From the NCBI RefSeq assembly GCF_006345805.1, contig NC_043001.1, forward strand, positions 6,882,001-6,946,000: 64,000 nt of DNA. Direction: 5' to 3'. Below the pieces are notes generated by a model. The model made no database searches. It was not told where the DNA came from and was given only the letters and a program-made list of their open reading frames with translations. The DNA is from Octopus sinensis. Taxonomy: Eukaryota. Of the stretch, positions 27,736-40,349 are shown piece after piece (position 1 is the first letter of the stretch; the number at the start of each line of letters is the position of its first letter). Position numbers and translations under genes: made by a program.

Positions 27736-28354
27736 AATAGGAATAAGGATAGGTTAAATAAGGTCAACTGTCCTAATGAGACAAATGATATACATAATAC
27801 GGCAACCAATGTATTACTACGGTCTTCTAAGTATCCGCTAACAATTAGGAATATAAATAATAAAGAACCCCTTCTATATTTCATGTCGTTCGAAAATTTT
27901 TAAATTATAATTCATCTCCTCATAAGTACGATATATATTTGGTTTATATTTCCATTCGCTAAACAAATTAAGACTAATTTGGATGTTGCCTTATAGAAAC
28001 TTTTTACTAAACTCTTTAGAATGGAAAATCAATATTATGATATCATTAACCCTAGAATATTTAAAGTTGCCTTTTCTGCATCAAATAATTTCTCAGATCA
28101 TTTTTTTTTCGATTAACGAAATAGAATTACTTATTTTTTATAATAATTATAACCTCAATAAATGCAACAAAGGTAATGCTCTTAGAATAAATGGTAGTAA
28201 AGAATGTGTACTTGAGTCGTCTAGTGTACAAGAGGAAAAAAAAAACAAATTAAATTCCATCTCATCTTGAGCCTAAGTAATAAAGCCAATAGCAATAATA
28301 ATGAACGTAATGATATACAACAGAATCATAATTCGATTAGTAATGAAAACATCC

Positions 28355-28425
28355 TTTATTAAGTTAAGTTAAGTTAATTATTTGGCTCAAAATGCAAAAA
28401 GCAAGGCCATGTAGTGGGGATTGGA
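28355..28425 (-). mobile_element. CR1 3' tail fragment
   Basis: Reverse complement matches 20327-20385 (cccctacatggccttgctttttgc...gagccaaa..aattaact). Confidence 0.75.
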
Positions 28426-30145
28426 AGGTTAGTAGTAAAAGTTTATTTCAAAATTATCGTAAACAGAAGAATGATTTTTACATATGTAAAGTAAAATCTA
28501 GAGTAAGAATTTTTTTTACGTAGAGCCAACGCGAATTTTACCATGAGTCAAATATAAAACCATATTTACACCTCTAACAATAGGAAAAAAAGTCTTCTAT
28601 AACCAGCCTCAGCAAATTTATTTCGGACCTAAAAGACAAGAAATACGTTTTTCTTTGGAGTGGGAAATTATAAGCAAGGCTGCTACTCATAAAATTGGTA
28701 ATTGTTTCTGTTTTATTGGTCTTGGAAAGTTGTACTAAATAGATTTTTTTCCATGTGTGGCCACTTAAATACGAGAATTCAGACTAGTGTTTCATGTAGT
28801 GATGCTTGTAAATTGTCTCTCAAAAACTTCCAGTTGAAATTTATTTCCATAAGTAAATCAATTATATATTAAACCTGTTAGTACATTCAGTCTGTCGGCA
28901 TTTCATGTTTAGTACTTTGTAGAAGTACTAAACATGAAATGTTTATAATTAAATAATTTCTAGTAGCTATCAGGTAAATATTAAATATCATACTAGATAT
29001 TAATAATAAAATATGAATGCTTCATCTTATATAAGTGGAAGGTTACTGATCTTTCATGTATTCACGCAGGTTTATGATATGCAAAAAAATACCATCGGGT
29101 ATAATATTATTATTATGATACATAATTAATTACATATTAAAACTACTTGAATTTTGAATCTGTTCATACTTCACGTTTTATTACTCTAGCATCTGTAAAT
29201 ACAAGCATTAAAGAATGCTTGGTAGATATAATATCGCTATAAAGATATTAAATGATAAAAATTATATTAAATTTCCGGCACAGGTGACAGTATCATTGTG
29301 ATTGTTAAAAATCAATTTAGCACGTTTCTCATGAATATGTAGAATATATTTTATAAAATATTTAGAAGTAAACGCATTTATTTCTAGTGATTGTTGCTTT
29401 AGTAATTTTTAAATATAATGATAAAATCAATTAACAATTGTATTATGTAATGTTCAATTTCTCCTTTATTTACATGGTTGTAATGATTATAACTATTGCA
29501 CACATATATGGATGAAACGATAGGATAACAGGATAAATAATTATCGGTTTCTCAACTCATATCGGTCTCTCAACTCATATCTGTGTCACTCTATTCAATA
29601 TTTCTTTCTGTCTCTGTGTATCTATTTATGTCTCTCTTTAACTGCAGTTCATTGCCAATAATGTATAACAAACGAACGTGCATAAGTATATAATACATAT
29701 TTGCTTATAAGTATATAAATGTACTCACAACTCAACTTTTTTAATACATACACTACCAAAATACACACATCTGAGTTTGAAAAGAGTCGATCAACACGTT
29801 GGAAGGTAACTCCTTCCCGGAAATTCTCCCGGGATTAAATGCCTAGTCAACCAGTTTGAAATTGAAAATTGAAATTAATTAACTTTAATTTAATTACTCC
29901 TATTGAACTAATTGCATATGGAACCATGTATACGGATAAACTTTCTATTTTATATTGATTTGAATATCTCGGAATAAACAGATGTCTCTACGTCAGTTTC
30001 TCCATTTTATTTTTTTTCCATTTAAATACCTATATACATGAATGCAAAACGAAAGTACTTAATTTTCACTCAAAACTCCTAAAAACAAAGAACTAGCATG
30101 GAAACATCCATTATACATATACATACATACACACACATATATTTT

Positions 30146-30466
30146 ATACTAGCAGTATCGCCCGGCGTTGCTCGGATTTGTTTCGACCCTTTAGAAATGG
30201 AATTTTTGAAAAGTAACACAGCAGTCAAACAATCGTAAAAAAATAGGTATTTTCATAGAAAAAAAGTACCTTTTTGATGTAAATAATTTTTGATGTTAAC
30301 ATGATTCGATTTAAATTTGTCTGCTACGGAAGGAAGAACAATACTTCTTTCATCGTACTCTCAATTTTAGTCAACTTGCGTTGCAGGGTCTCGGAGGAGA
30401 TAGTGTTTGTTGAAGGTTACCAAACCTGCCGTACACACACAACTTCAGCTTTATATATAGAGAGAT
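30146..30466 (+). mobile_element. Helentron-associated non-autonomous element (HINE/DINE-1-like)
   Basis: Starts atactagcagtatcgcccggcgttgctcgg (subterminal hairpin), ends ctttatatatagagagat, T-rich flanks on both sides. Confidence 0.6.
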
Positions 30467-30819
30467 TTGTATACTAACTCTAATGCGCTCGCTAACACTC
30501 TAGAGAACCAAATGTGATTATTCGCCTGTAATTTTGTATTAATCAGATTCAGTATATGATACTTTCCTTTAGAGAAATCTACCAATTTCTCTAAAAGCCA
30601 TACATTGCTCTATTAAATAACTTGATATTGTTGAAATAAAACAAGGTCAAGAGAGTTCGGGAGATATTTTTGTGTTTCATTCTCTTTAAATGCGGTGCTT
30701 ATTCTAAAACTGCATATATTAATCACATTATGTTTAATATGTAATATTACTAAATAAAGATCCCATTATTTTATGGGCGAGCCTTTAGCTCTCACTCTTT
30801 TTCTACTCCTCTCTCTCAC

Positions 30820-30985
30820 TCTCTTTATATATATGTATACACACACATATATATATATTTATACATACATACACACATACATACATACATACATACATAC
30901 ATACATACATACATACATACATACATACATACATACATACATACACACACAGAGACATACACACACACACAAAGACATATATACA
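30820..30985. repeat. (TACA)n microsatellite
   Basis: Direct inspection. Confidence 0.95.
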
Positions 30986-31909
30986 TGCTTGATTAATGGA
31001 TCTGAAAGAATCCAAGTGAGTTCTTTTACAATAATTTCATTGTCATGTTATTGGTGTCATTGTAATCAAGAAGAATTACATTATCAATTGTAGAATTTTG
31101 CACTCGTTGTTTCAGTGCTACCATATTTGTTTGCATTAAGTTTCACAAAAATGAGATTTGTCATTGAATTAATGAGAAAAAATCATTTCTAATGGTGTCA
31201 CAGAACCTGGAATATGGGGGTAGTCGAATTTTCGATTACATCATTCCCAGTGCTCAACTCATACTTCTGGTATGGAATGCAAAGCCGAACTCGGAGGAGA
31301 TAGAACTCTCTCTGTTTTGTCTGACGTGCTAACTTTTCTGCCACTTCACCGCATTTATTAACGAGGAAATATAAAATGTGTTCTATGAAACATGCTTATA
31401 TGTCAATGTATGTGTGCATATTATTTCTGTACACACACACACACACATGTATTTATATATATATATGTGTGTGTGTGTGAGTGTGCGTGTGTGAGAGTGT
31501 GTGTGTGTGTGTGTGTGTGGTGTGTGTGTGTGTGTGTGTGTATTGATTTAACGCAAAATGGAAAGACCTACTAATTGTTTCTTACATTCATGATACTTGA
31601 ATACGCATATTTATACACTATCACATCTATCTCAGAGCAATATTTCAGCCTGAAAGATTGCTTAGAGTTACATGCATACTCACACAGACATAAGAAACGA
31701 GGGAACAACATTTTCTAACTCTTTGCTATTCAAGGCTATAGATATATAAGACATATAATATAGGTATAAATAAATTATCAAGTAGAATTTAACAGCGTTA
31801 ACAGAAGAGTAAAGTTGGACATAGATCACAAGAGAAAACCCAAAGAAAAAAAAGTAAATATAGTGCCAAAAACACAGAGTTGGCGAGAATGGAAATATTT
31901 AACTTAATA

Positions 31910-32125
31910 AGGCAGGGAGCTAGCAAAACCAGCAGAAGATCGTGAAAATACTTATAGGCATTTCATTCTACTTTGTGTTCTGAGTTCGAATTTCGCCGAA
32001 GTCAACATTGCTTTTCATCCTTTTGGGGCTATAAAATAAGAAGTATTTGTATACTGGTGTCGATATAATCGACTACTCCACTTCACCGAAGATGCTGGTC
32101 TTGTGTTAAAATTTGAAAACATTAT
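31910..32125 (+). mobile_element. SINE family B, diverged
   Basis: aaggcagggagctagc...gagttcgaatttcgccgaagtcaacattgcttttcatcc. Confidence 0.65.
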
Positions 32126-32604
32126 TCAAAAGTAATTACAGAATGATCAACAATGTAGAGAGAGAGTGGGGATAGAAAAGGAAGAAATAAGATCTCAGTG
32201 TACACCTGACAATTTGAAGACGGAGGAGAACAGAAAGAAGAAATTAACGTTTAGTGTACGCATAAAAGAAAGTTCCAAGAAAACATGAAAGGAAATGTAG
32301 TAACTCCGATAGATTTAGATCTCTATTTCCGATTCTAGGTTATAATAATAATAAATTAATGCATAGCAGAATTTAGCGTTTATTGGCCAAAAATAGCAAT
32401 ATTCTCGGCTTACTGCATCGAAATTTTGTATGTATTAATGAAGGGTTAAATGTTATGCTTTAAATAATTTTGAAAATATGATTCTTTTGATATGAATATG
32501 TATATGGCTTGCTTTAATATCATCGTCATCATCATCACCTATCATCATAATCATCATCATCATCATCGTCATCGTCGTCGTCGTCATCACCATCATCATC
32601 ATCT

Positions 32605-32666
<62 letters not shown>

Positions 32667-33759
32667 TATGTGCGTGACGCTTTATGCATTTCCTATTTGT
32701 AAGTATAGACTTCATTTATTTGTCTACCAAGCAGGCATTGATTTTCCATAAAAATACTTTTTTAGCCCATTTATATACTAGATTAAAAGGTAAATTTCAA
32801 TGCGCTGATTTTTTTTCAAAAATATATTCCAATTTCATGAAGCTAATTTGAAGTTTGCATAACATGAAGCATTTCACATATATGTATATATAAGATTTCT
32901 GTTGTTAATAACAATATAGAAAATCATAGTTTTTAATTGCATCAGAAACATAAGTCTATGATAAACTTTCATTTCAGTTTATATAGTAAAGCCACTTAGG
33001 TCAGTAATATATAGCCTGTAGTTAATAGACAAAAGATTCGACTCCATAAAAACAGGTCATTAATACGTTATACCTATGTGTAAGTGCAGCAGAAAATAAA
33101 ATGAAATATAAGTTAATATATAATTATAAAACCCTCAAAGGTGTCTTGATGGAAACTATAATCAATTTTTTTTTAATTTATAAAAAAAAATGTTTCAACA
33201 CTTCAGATGCTCATTTTGTTTGTTTTTCATCTGGAGGATAAAATGCAATAAAGAATAAAAAATAAAGATAAAACATTGCAATATTGATTGATTGATTGTT
33301 ATCTTTGTATTGATTTCCCGTAAAACGCATACGGTTATAAAAAAAGGTAATTTTATTCCTTCCTAAGCTCACAAAACTACACATTGAAAAATGTTTGTTT
33401 TCTGTGGCAAGATAAACAACAGTATTAACAGCAACGGTATTGTATCTCAATACTTTCTTATTCACGGTTTTACTTTTCGTACAAAATAAATGTTACTATC
33501 ATTAATTTTATGGGGAAAATTATCAGATGAAAACGGCATATGCAAATATAGTCCACATTATGGACATAGCATAATTTGATAAGTAGAATTTGTCTGCAGT
33601 GAGGAAACAGAAGACGCTCTAAAGAAATAAATTACCGGTGAAATAAAATATATTTTACGTGCCTGGTGTCAGACGTTTATAAACATGTTATTTAGCCACT
33701 CGATTGTGCTCATACATTTAAAATATACTCCAATATTTTTATGAATCTCACTGTTTAAT

Positions 33760-34425
33760 AGCAATGATTAAAAAAATAACATTAATTGGTTTGCAATTAA
33801 GATATTTCCTGCGATGCTTCATTGGGATTTTCCAATCGTTTCTACTATAGACACAGGGTCTGATATTTGCAGGGAAAGGGCTGGCCCAGTATATTGCCAA
33901 AGTTTTTGCAGGTGTATAGAATAACACCGAATCCAAATGCAGAGTCGGGTAGGTCACCCTCAGATTTGATGTTTTCCAGAAAAATCCGTTCTATTTTTGA
34001 CAAATGGTTGCCGAGCAGGAAACAGAAAATAGAAAATTCGGGAAGAAAAACGAAATTTTTTAACCCAGGTGACAAAGTGTATTTTAAAATGTATAGTAAA
34101 GGAAAACAGAACTGGGAACAAGGAAGTATAACTGGACGTCTGTGTAACGTGATGTACATGGTAAAAAGACAGAAAGCATTTAAACCAATTAAAGAAAAAA
34201 TATACCAAAAACCAAGAGAGATTAAAAGAACCAATGGATTTATGGTATGATTTGTTCGAAGTCCCAGAACCACAGACAAAGCAGAACCGATACGTAGGTC
34301 GAAGAGAAAGAGAAAACCTACAGAAATGATGGAAATTCACGCTAAGAATAAAAGATATGCCAGTTTCTCACCGAGAAAATAAAAATGATAAAATCGAGTT
34401 TAAAAAACTCAAAACGACGGGGAAG
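33760..34425 (+). pseudogene. Ty3/Gypsy integrase C-terminal relic with polypurine tract
   Basis: ORF 33867-34250 FLQVYRITPNPNAESGRSPSDLMFSRKIRS...FNPGDKVY...WEQG; purine-rich aaaacgacggggaag at 34411-34425 directly before TG. Confidence 0.8.
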
Positions 34426-35150
34426 TGTTGTGTAGACGCCCCCAGACGATGCAAGGCTAGCCCAATACGTAGATATAGAGGGAGAAGTGTAGACGTCCGG
34501 AGTTGAGTAGAGATCATCCGAACGTGCGATATAACAAATATCTTCTGACAGAAATATTACCGAAAATAATGGAAAAATTGTCAAATAATAAAAATATCAA
34601 AATTGAAGTCATGAAGATGTGAGCAGCGAAGATGAAAACAATACCTGTAAGAACTTGAGCATTCGGTATGATAACAAAAGATATGAACAAAAACGGAGAA
34701 GCTTTACCAGGACACTCTACTCTACACATTATACATAAAACAGCTTGACTAGGAACAGCCGGAATCCGACTCAAGACGCTGTCAATTCACTAATAGAGCC
34801 TAATGAAAACAATTCACAAACATAAGACACATTCTATACTGGAAATATGTAACATAATATAAAACCACCACAGCATGTAGTCTACGGTCCGGATTCCCAA
34901 CAGGAAAACACAACACGCATGACACACACAACACAATGCGAACAGCAATGCAAAAATAGACAGCAAATAGGCGCCATCATAAAGCAAATTAACGTCATAC
35001 AATACCGGAAGTAGTTTGCACTGCTCCAACAAGAAAAGACAAGCAATGATTCACTGCCACTGATGAGAAAGCAGTTTTGACCTACTCAGAATTTTGAAAG
35101 CAAAACGTACAGACCCAGAGGTTCTAGTGCACGATTTTATGCCTGCAACG
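34426..35150 (+). mobile_element. Probable 3' LTR of the Gypsy element
   Basis: Begins TGTTG right after the PPT; putative end tgcaacg (canonical CAACA) near 35150; right boundary uncertain. Confidence 0.5.
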
Positions 35151-35218
35151 TACGATTCGGCAATATACTACCGTACATCGTAATAATAAAACAGTATGTT
35201 ACTTATAATATATTAGTA

Positions 35219-35449
35219 TTGGTTTGGTACGTAATTATTGCGATTTTTGCAACGAATTTTATTCAACAAAAGCAATAACATTATTTAACAAAAACAACTT
35301 TAAATGACGTTCTGACTGTCTGCCAAGCAAATGGGAAGCAGTAATTGAAGTAGATGGTGAATATGCTGCGGAATAATCATTTAAATAATTTTTTTTTTTA
35401 TGAATAAAATTTGTTGAGAAAAAGCCGCAATAATTAGGCACCAACCCAA
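35219..35449 (+). mobile_element. Mariner-type MITE with TA target duplication
   Basis: Imperfect TIRs ttggtttggtacgtaattattgcg / cgcaataattaggcaccaacccaa, TA on both sides; internal KWEAVIEVDGEY mariner C-terminus. Confidence 0.8.
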
Positions 35450-35504
35450 TATATATTATATAAAAAAATAAACCATTCGGTCATGAAGGACCAGAGGATT
35501 GCAC

Positions 35505-35785
35505 CTACAAAATTACCCTCCTAGGCATAGATCCGGGCAAAGTTGTTTATGGAAGACCAGCAGTCGCCCATGCATACCGGCCTCCCCTCTCCACGCCGCC
35601 GATGTTATCCAAAGGAAAGCTAAAGCTCGATGCAGCTTGGCACCACAACTCATTTCTACAGATGAGTGAATTGGAGCAATGTGTAATAAAGTGTCTTGCT
35701 TAAGAACACAACTCACAGTCCGCTGCTAGAAACGAACCCACTACCTCATGTTTTTGAGCCCGACCCTCTAACCACAAAGCCACAG
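35505..35785 (-). mobile_element. tRNA-headed SINE (C-related)
   Basis: gagcaatgtgtaataaagtgtcttgcttaagaacac...ctctaaccac resembles 13445-13545. Confidence 0.6.
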
Positions 35786-36029
35786 TTTATTGTATGCACT
35801 GCATTATATACACAGTTTATGGCATAATGAAAGCATCATAAAAAAACGGAGAATCACACATTTTGAAAATTTGCTTCAGAAAATTCTATAGATTCGCTAT
35901 AATTCGATGAGGTTTTAGCAAGATCTGGAATATATCAGTTTCTAATAAAATACCTGCTCCGATTCCAAAGCCCTTCGCTTTATGTTATAGTACATTACAC
36001 GCACACACGCACACACACACACACACATA

Positions 36030-36067
<38 letters not shown>

Positions 36068-36111
36068 CATGCGCACGCAGGAATGCGCACACACGTATTC
36101 TTTTTGCCTGC

Positions 36112-36234
36112 ATTTTAGTGGATCTGGGTTCAGTCCCACTGCGTGGCACCATGGGCAAGTGTCTTCTACTATAGCCTCGGGCCGATCAAAGCCTTGTGAG
36201 TGGTTTTTCTTGTCGGAAACTGAAAGAAGCTCGT

Positions 36235-36272
<38 letters not shown>

Positions 36273-36545
36273 TAGATAGATATAGATATATATACGCATA
36301 CATATATGTATGTACATATGTATGTGTGTATATGTTCGTGTGTCTGCGTTTGTCCGCCCCCCAACATCGCTTGACAACAGATGTGTTGGTGTACTTATGT
36401 CCCATACCTGAGCGATTCGGCAAAAGAGACCGATAGACTAAGTACTAAACTTACAAAGAATAAGTCCCGGAATCGATTTGTTCGAGCAAAGGCAGGCTCC
36501 AGCATGGCCACATTTAAATGACTGAAGCAAGTAAAAGAATGAGAG
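36112..36545 (+). mobile_element. SINE family A, 5'-truncated
   Basis: Homology to 27333-27735 from the B-box onward. Confidence 0.85.
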
Positions 36546-36599
36546 AATAAACGATTATATTTCCTTATGATATTGAAGTTTACAGAAGAATTCCCAGAA

Positions 36600-37200
36600 T
36601 CTACGTATTTAAGGTGTGATATTCCGGGTTTGTGGAACTATCGTACTGAATATATTCATATGCTAAGGTAAAGCAAGTAGGCATCCTTTTCTTTCTTCTT
36701 TTTTTCAGTTTAGGTGACATTGGTTAATCTTTCTTCAATGCAATTTCATCGCCTATTGATAATCTCCTTTCCATACTGCCGATATTTTCCATGTTTCGTC
36801 CATAATCTATACATGCAGAATCACGTGTATTTACGAACTCTATTATTTGCAACCAGCCTCTCAATCATCGGCAATTTATATCGCTTCTGTCCTCTTTTTT
36901 TCCCTCTTTTCTCAATCATGAAGAAATGCATTCTCCATAATGCTGGAAAAAATCAACTTCGCAGATTTATCAATTAACTTTCCCTTTCATGTTTCTAAAG
37001 GATGCCTCTACCCTTCATAAGCCACCATTTGTCTTCTTCAAATCTGTTTTGCTTTACACAAGAAGCCTGGAAATGTTCTTAAATCTGTTCGTTGCTTAAA
37101 ATGCAAAGTGTAAGCTTATCCAATAGCATCTAAACTTTGAGTCACCCTCTGTCAACGCTTTCTCGTTTCTTTTAAAAGGGCATTTGAGTGGACATTTGAA
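36600..37200 (-). pseudogene. Possible ancient LINE relic (endonuclease-RT linker)
   Basis: Lys/Arg/Glu-rich broken frames with KWW; no catalytic motif recognised. Confidence 0.3.
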
Positions 37201-37524
37201 GGGGGAGAGTCGATTAGGGAGAACTGTTTCGAAATTTGCCATGTGACAAAGCTTACGGGACATTCAGCCTGTTTTGGATCTTGATTGAAGTGCACACACA
37301 CAAAAACGCACAGGCACAATCATCATCATCATTGTTTGACCGTGGTCGAGACTTTCATAGTCTTTTCAAATGGCTAATAATGTGTGCGCGCGCCACTATT
37401 ACACACATTGGAAAGCATTGTACAACCAAGTACTAAAGAAGATCGTTCCTCCTCCATGAAACAAAGCTGTTCCCGCTGGACGTCAACCCAGTATTTCTAA
37501 GCTACGGACCGAGTGATTTATTGT

Positions 37525-37750
37525 AAACACACAAACACACACACACGCGTCCAAAGACACACACACACACACACACGTCCAAAGACACACACACACAAAC
37601 ACACACGTCCAAAGACACGCACACACACGCAGACATACAGACAAAGACACGCACACACACGCAGACATACAGACAAAGACAATCACATACAAATACACCA
37701 ACACACACGCTGTGAAATAACACATGTCCAAAGACAGACACACACAAACA
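37525..37750. repeat. CA-based minisatellite with repeated gtccaaagacac / cagacaaagac units
   Basis: Direct inspection. Confidence 0.85.
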
Positions 37751-38159
37751 GATAGATATGCGCACGTGCACTTGCCTCATTTGAATAGGTCTGACCAACA
37801 CTTTTCTACTCCTTATACGCGTAAAGAAATATGGTCCCACGCATAAGCAGAGTGAAGAAAGAGAGAGGGGGAGAAAGAGTTTGTGTCTGTGTTTGTGAGT
37901 GTGAGAGAGAGGGGGAAGGGAGTGAAGTAATATTTGATGTTAAATAAGTGAGTTCGAACAAGCGGCAACAAATTGGTGAGAACGAAATGGCTGCACTAAA
38001 GCGCCCCCTACCTGCACTAGGAAAACTCTCTGAGCACGAAAGCTTCTGAAAGATGAAAAAAATGTATGTTTGTTATTGTTTTGAGTTTGCACGCGCGCGC
38101 ATGTGTGTGCGTGCGTGCGTGTGCGTGTGTGTGTGTGACAAATTCCAGATTTAAAAAGC

Positions 38160-38481
38160 AGTTCTATATTTAAAAGATGAGGAATTATTTACATTTGACG
38201 AATATTTGTCATCATCTTGTTTGTTGTTAACATAAACTTTAGGCTGATATACCCTCCAGCCTTCATCAGATGTCTTGGGAAAATTTCGAAACTGGGTTCT
38301 CATTCCTAAGGTATTTTTACAAATGTTGTTGTTGTTGATATTATTATTATTATTATTCAGGTCACTGCCTGGAATCGAACTCGGAACCTTGGGCTTAGTA
38401 GCCGTGCTGTTAACCATTACGCCATATGCCTGTAAATAATTTAAATAATGTAATAATTCCTCATCTTTTAAATATAGAACT
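38160..38481 (-). mobile_element. Composite 322-bp element: 30-bp inverted repeats enclosing a tRNA-like head and a hammerhead relic
   Basis: agttctatatttaaaagatgaggaattatt at 38160-38189 and its exact reverse complement at 38452-38481; A/B-box head at about 38360-38430; CTGATGA-a-GGCTG...CAGCC at about 38241-38269 on minus strand. Confidence 0.75.
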
Positions 38482-39939
38482 AAAGTAATTACTAGTTGGT
38501 TATAGAGTCGACCGTATCGACTGCCCTGCCTCCCTAAATATTTCGGGCCTTATGCCTAGAGTAGAAAAGAGAAGAATATCGTTCGTTTTTTTGAATGCTA
38601 GTTCTAGTCTGCGGTTGGGGAGAATAATATTTGCCGATGAGTGTATTCCATAGAGGACACCTTAAAGCCAGGTTGTAGTTTTGACACTTTCCTAATAGCA
38701 AAGTATTATTTATAACCTTGTCATTGTTTATACCCTGATTCTGTCTCTTTTCTATAATTCATGAAACTTAAACTAATCCCAGCAATATATATAACTGTTG
38801 TAAAAGAAATAAAGTTAATTGCCACTACATTTCTATGCTAGTTTTTACTTGGTTACACATTCGATGAATATTGGGCCAAGAAAAGTTTTATAAATACAAA
38901 TAGGAAATCTTACTTCAAATGTTGACCTCAAAAGATAACCGCACATCAATTTACTGTGAAGGGCCATTATCCAATTTAACGTGAACATCGACTAAAGATT
39001 GTGTAGTGATTATTCAAAGAACCATTAAATATATCGCCATTAACTAATTTAACTGGACACAGAATACACGCTGGGAATTGGTTATATATTACTGAACTTC
39101 AAGTTACGTTTCAAAAGTTAGTTTAATTATAAGATTTCAAATTCACAATAAGATAGAAGCGTGTGAATCGAGAGGAATTTGATTAGGAATAGGTTCGCCG
39201 GTGTCCGTTATTATAAACAAAATCTTTTGATTAGTATTCGGTGGTAAACGTTGCGTCTTCCTTTGAAAGAATTGATACGGGCCAAGAAAGTGCATAACCT
39301 TTATTTATTCAATAGAAGCGCATTTGTTCCGCTCCGCAATTGTGAATTGAATCTTCTGTCTTAGTTTTGGTCATAAACCAATTTCATTGAATGGTTGAAT
39401 TTCAACTCGAGTAAAATTATTTGTGTCTTCCATGTGCATTCTTCAATACGTGATTTATTAAGTATGCTTCGTAGATCTATTTCTAACGTATGGTGACAAA
39501 GCAGAACGAGAAGAATTTCGGAAAACAACACGAAAATATTTTCATGATGACTGTTAATGGAAGTTGAATACATATAATACGTCACTACATGTAATAAATC
39601 ATGTTAATGTATAGCATAAATTAAGGCGGTGAGCTGGCGGAATCGTTACCGGGGTCGGCAAAAGGCCTTGCTGCATTTCGTCTGTTTCCAATCTCTGTTT
39701 AAATACCAATAACGTCAACTTTGCTTTTCATTTGTACGGGTTAGATACAAAAGTATCATCTCTTTACTGAGGTTCGATGTAATCAACTTACACTCTCCCT
39801 TGCCAGTATTTAAAAAATATATTTCACAAATTATATATGAACAGGAAGATATGTCTCACATAATACAATTTACAAATTCCACCGTTTTTCCCGCCGCGCT
39901 TCGTATAAATATTCTGTATCATTTTATATTCCGTTATTT

Positions 39940-40118
39940 ATTTCAGTCACTTGACTCTGACCATCATTAAGCACTACCTATATTAGCCTAAGAAATTGAT
40001 CCCTGAACTTATTTTTAGTATGTCTGGTATTTAGTCTGTCGCCTCTTTTGCCGAACCGGTAAGTTACGGGGACGTAAACACACCAACATCGCTTGTCATG
40101 CGATGGTGGGGGACAACA

Positions 40119-40187
<69 letters not shown>

Positions 40188-40349
40188 GTCTATCTATATA
40201 TATATATCCTACGGGCTTCTTTCAGTTTCCGTTTACCACATGAACTCACATGGCTTTGGTCGGACCGAGGCTATAGTAGAAGACACTTGTCCAAGCTGCT
40301 AGGCAGTGGGACTGAATCCGGAACGATTTTGTCTGGAAGGCAGCTTCTT
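39940..40349 (-). mobile_element. SINE family A, 3' part (split by insertion)
   Basis: Body and tail here; head continues at 42177-42285. Confidence 0.8.

Larger units (their letters stand above)
26700..28800 (+). pseudogene. Penelope-like element relic (RT + GIY-YIG), interrupted by SINE A and a CR1 tail
   Basis: DLPDISGGLYGDGA (YxDD region, about 26875-26915), VNFLDV (about 27025-27045), TSLSKFISDLKDK and LEWEIISKA (about 28600-28685). Confidence 0.65.
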
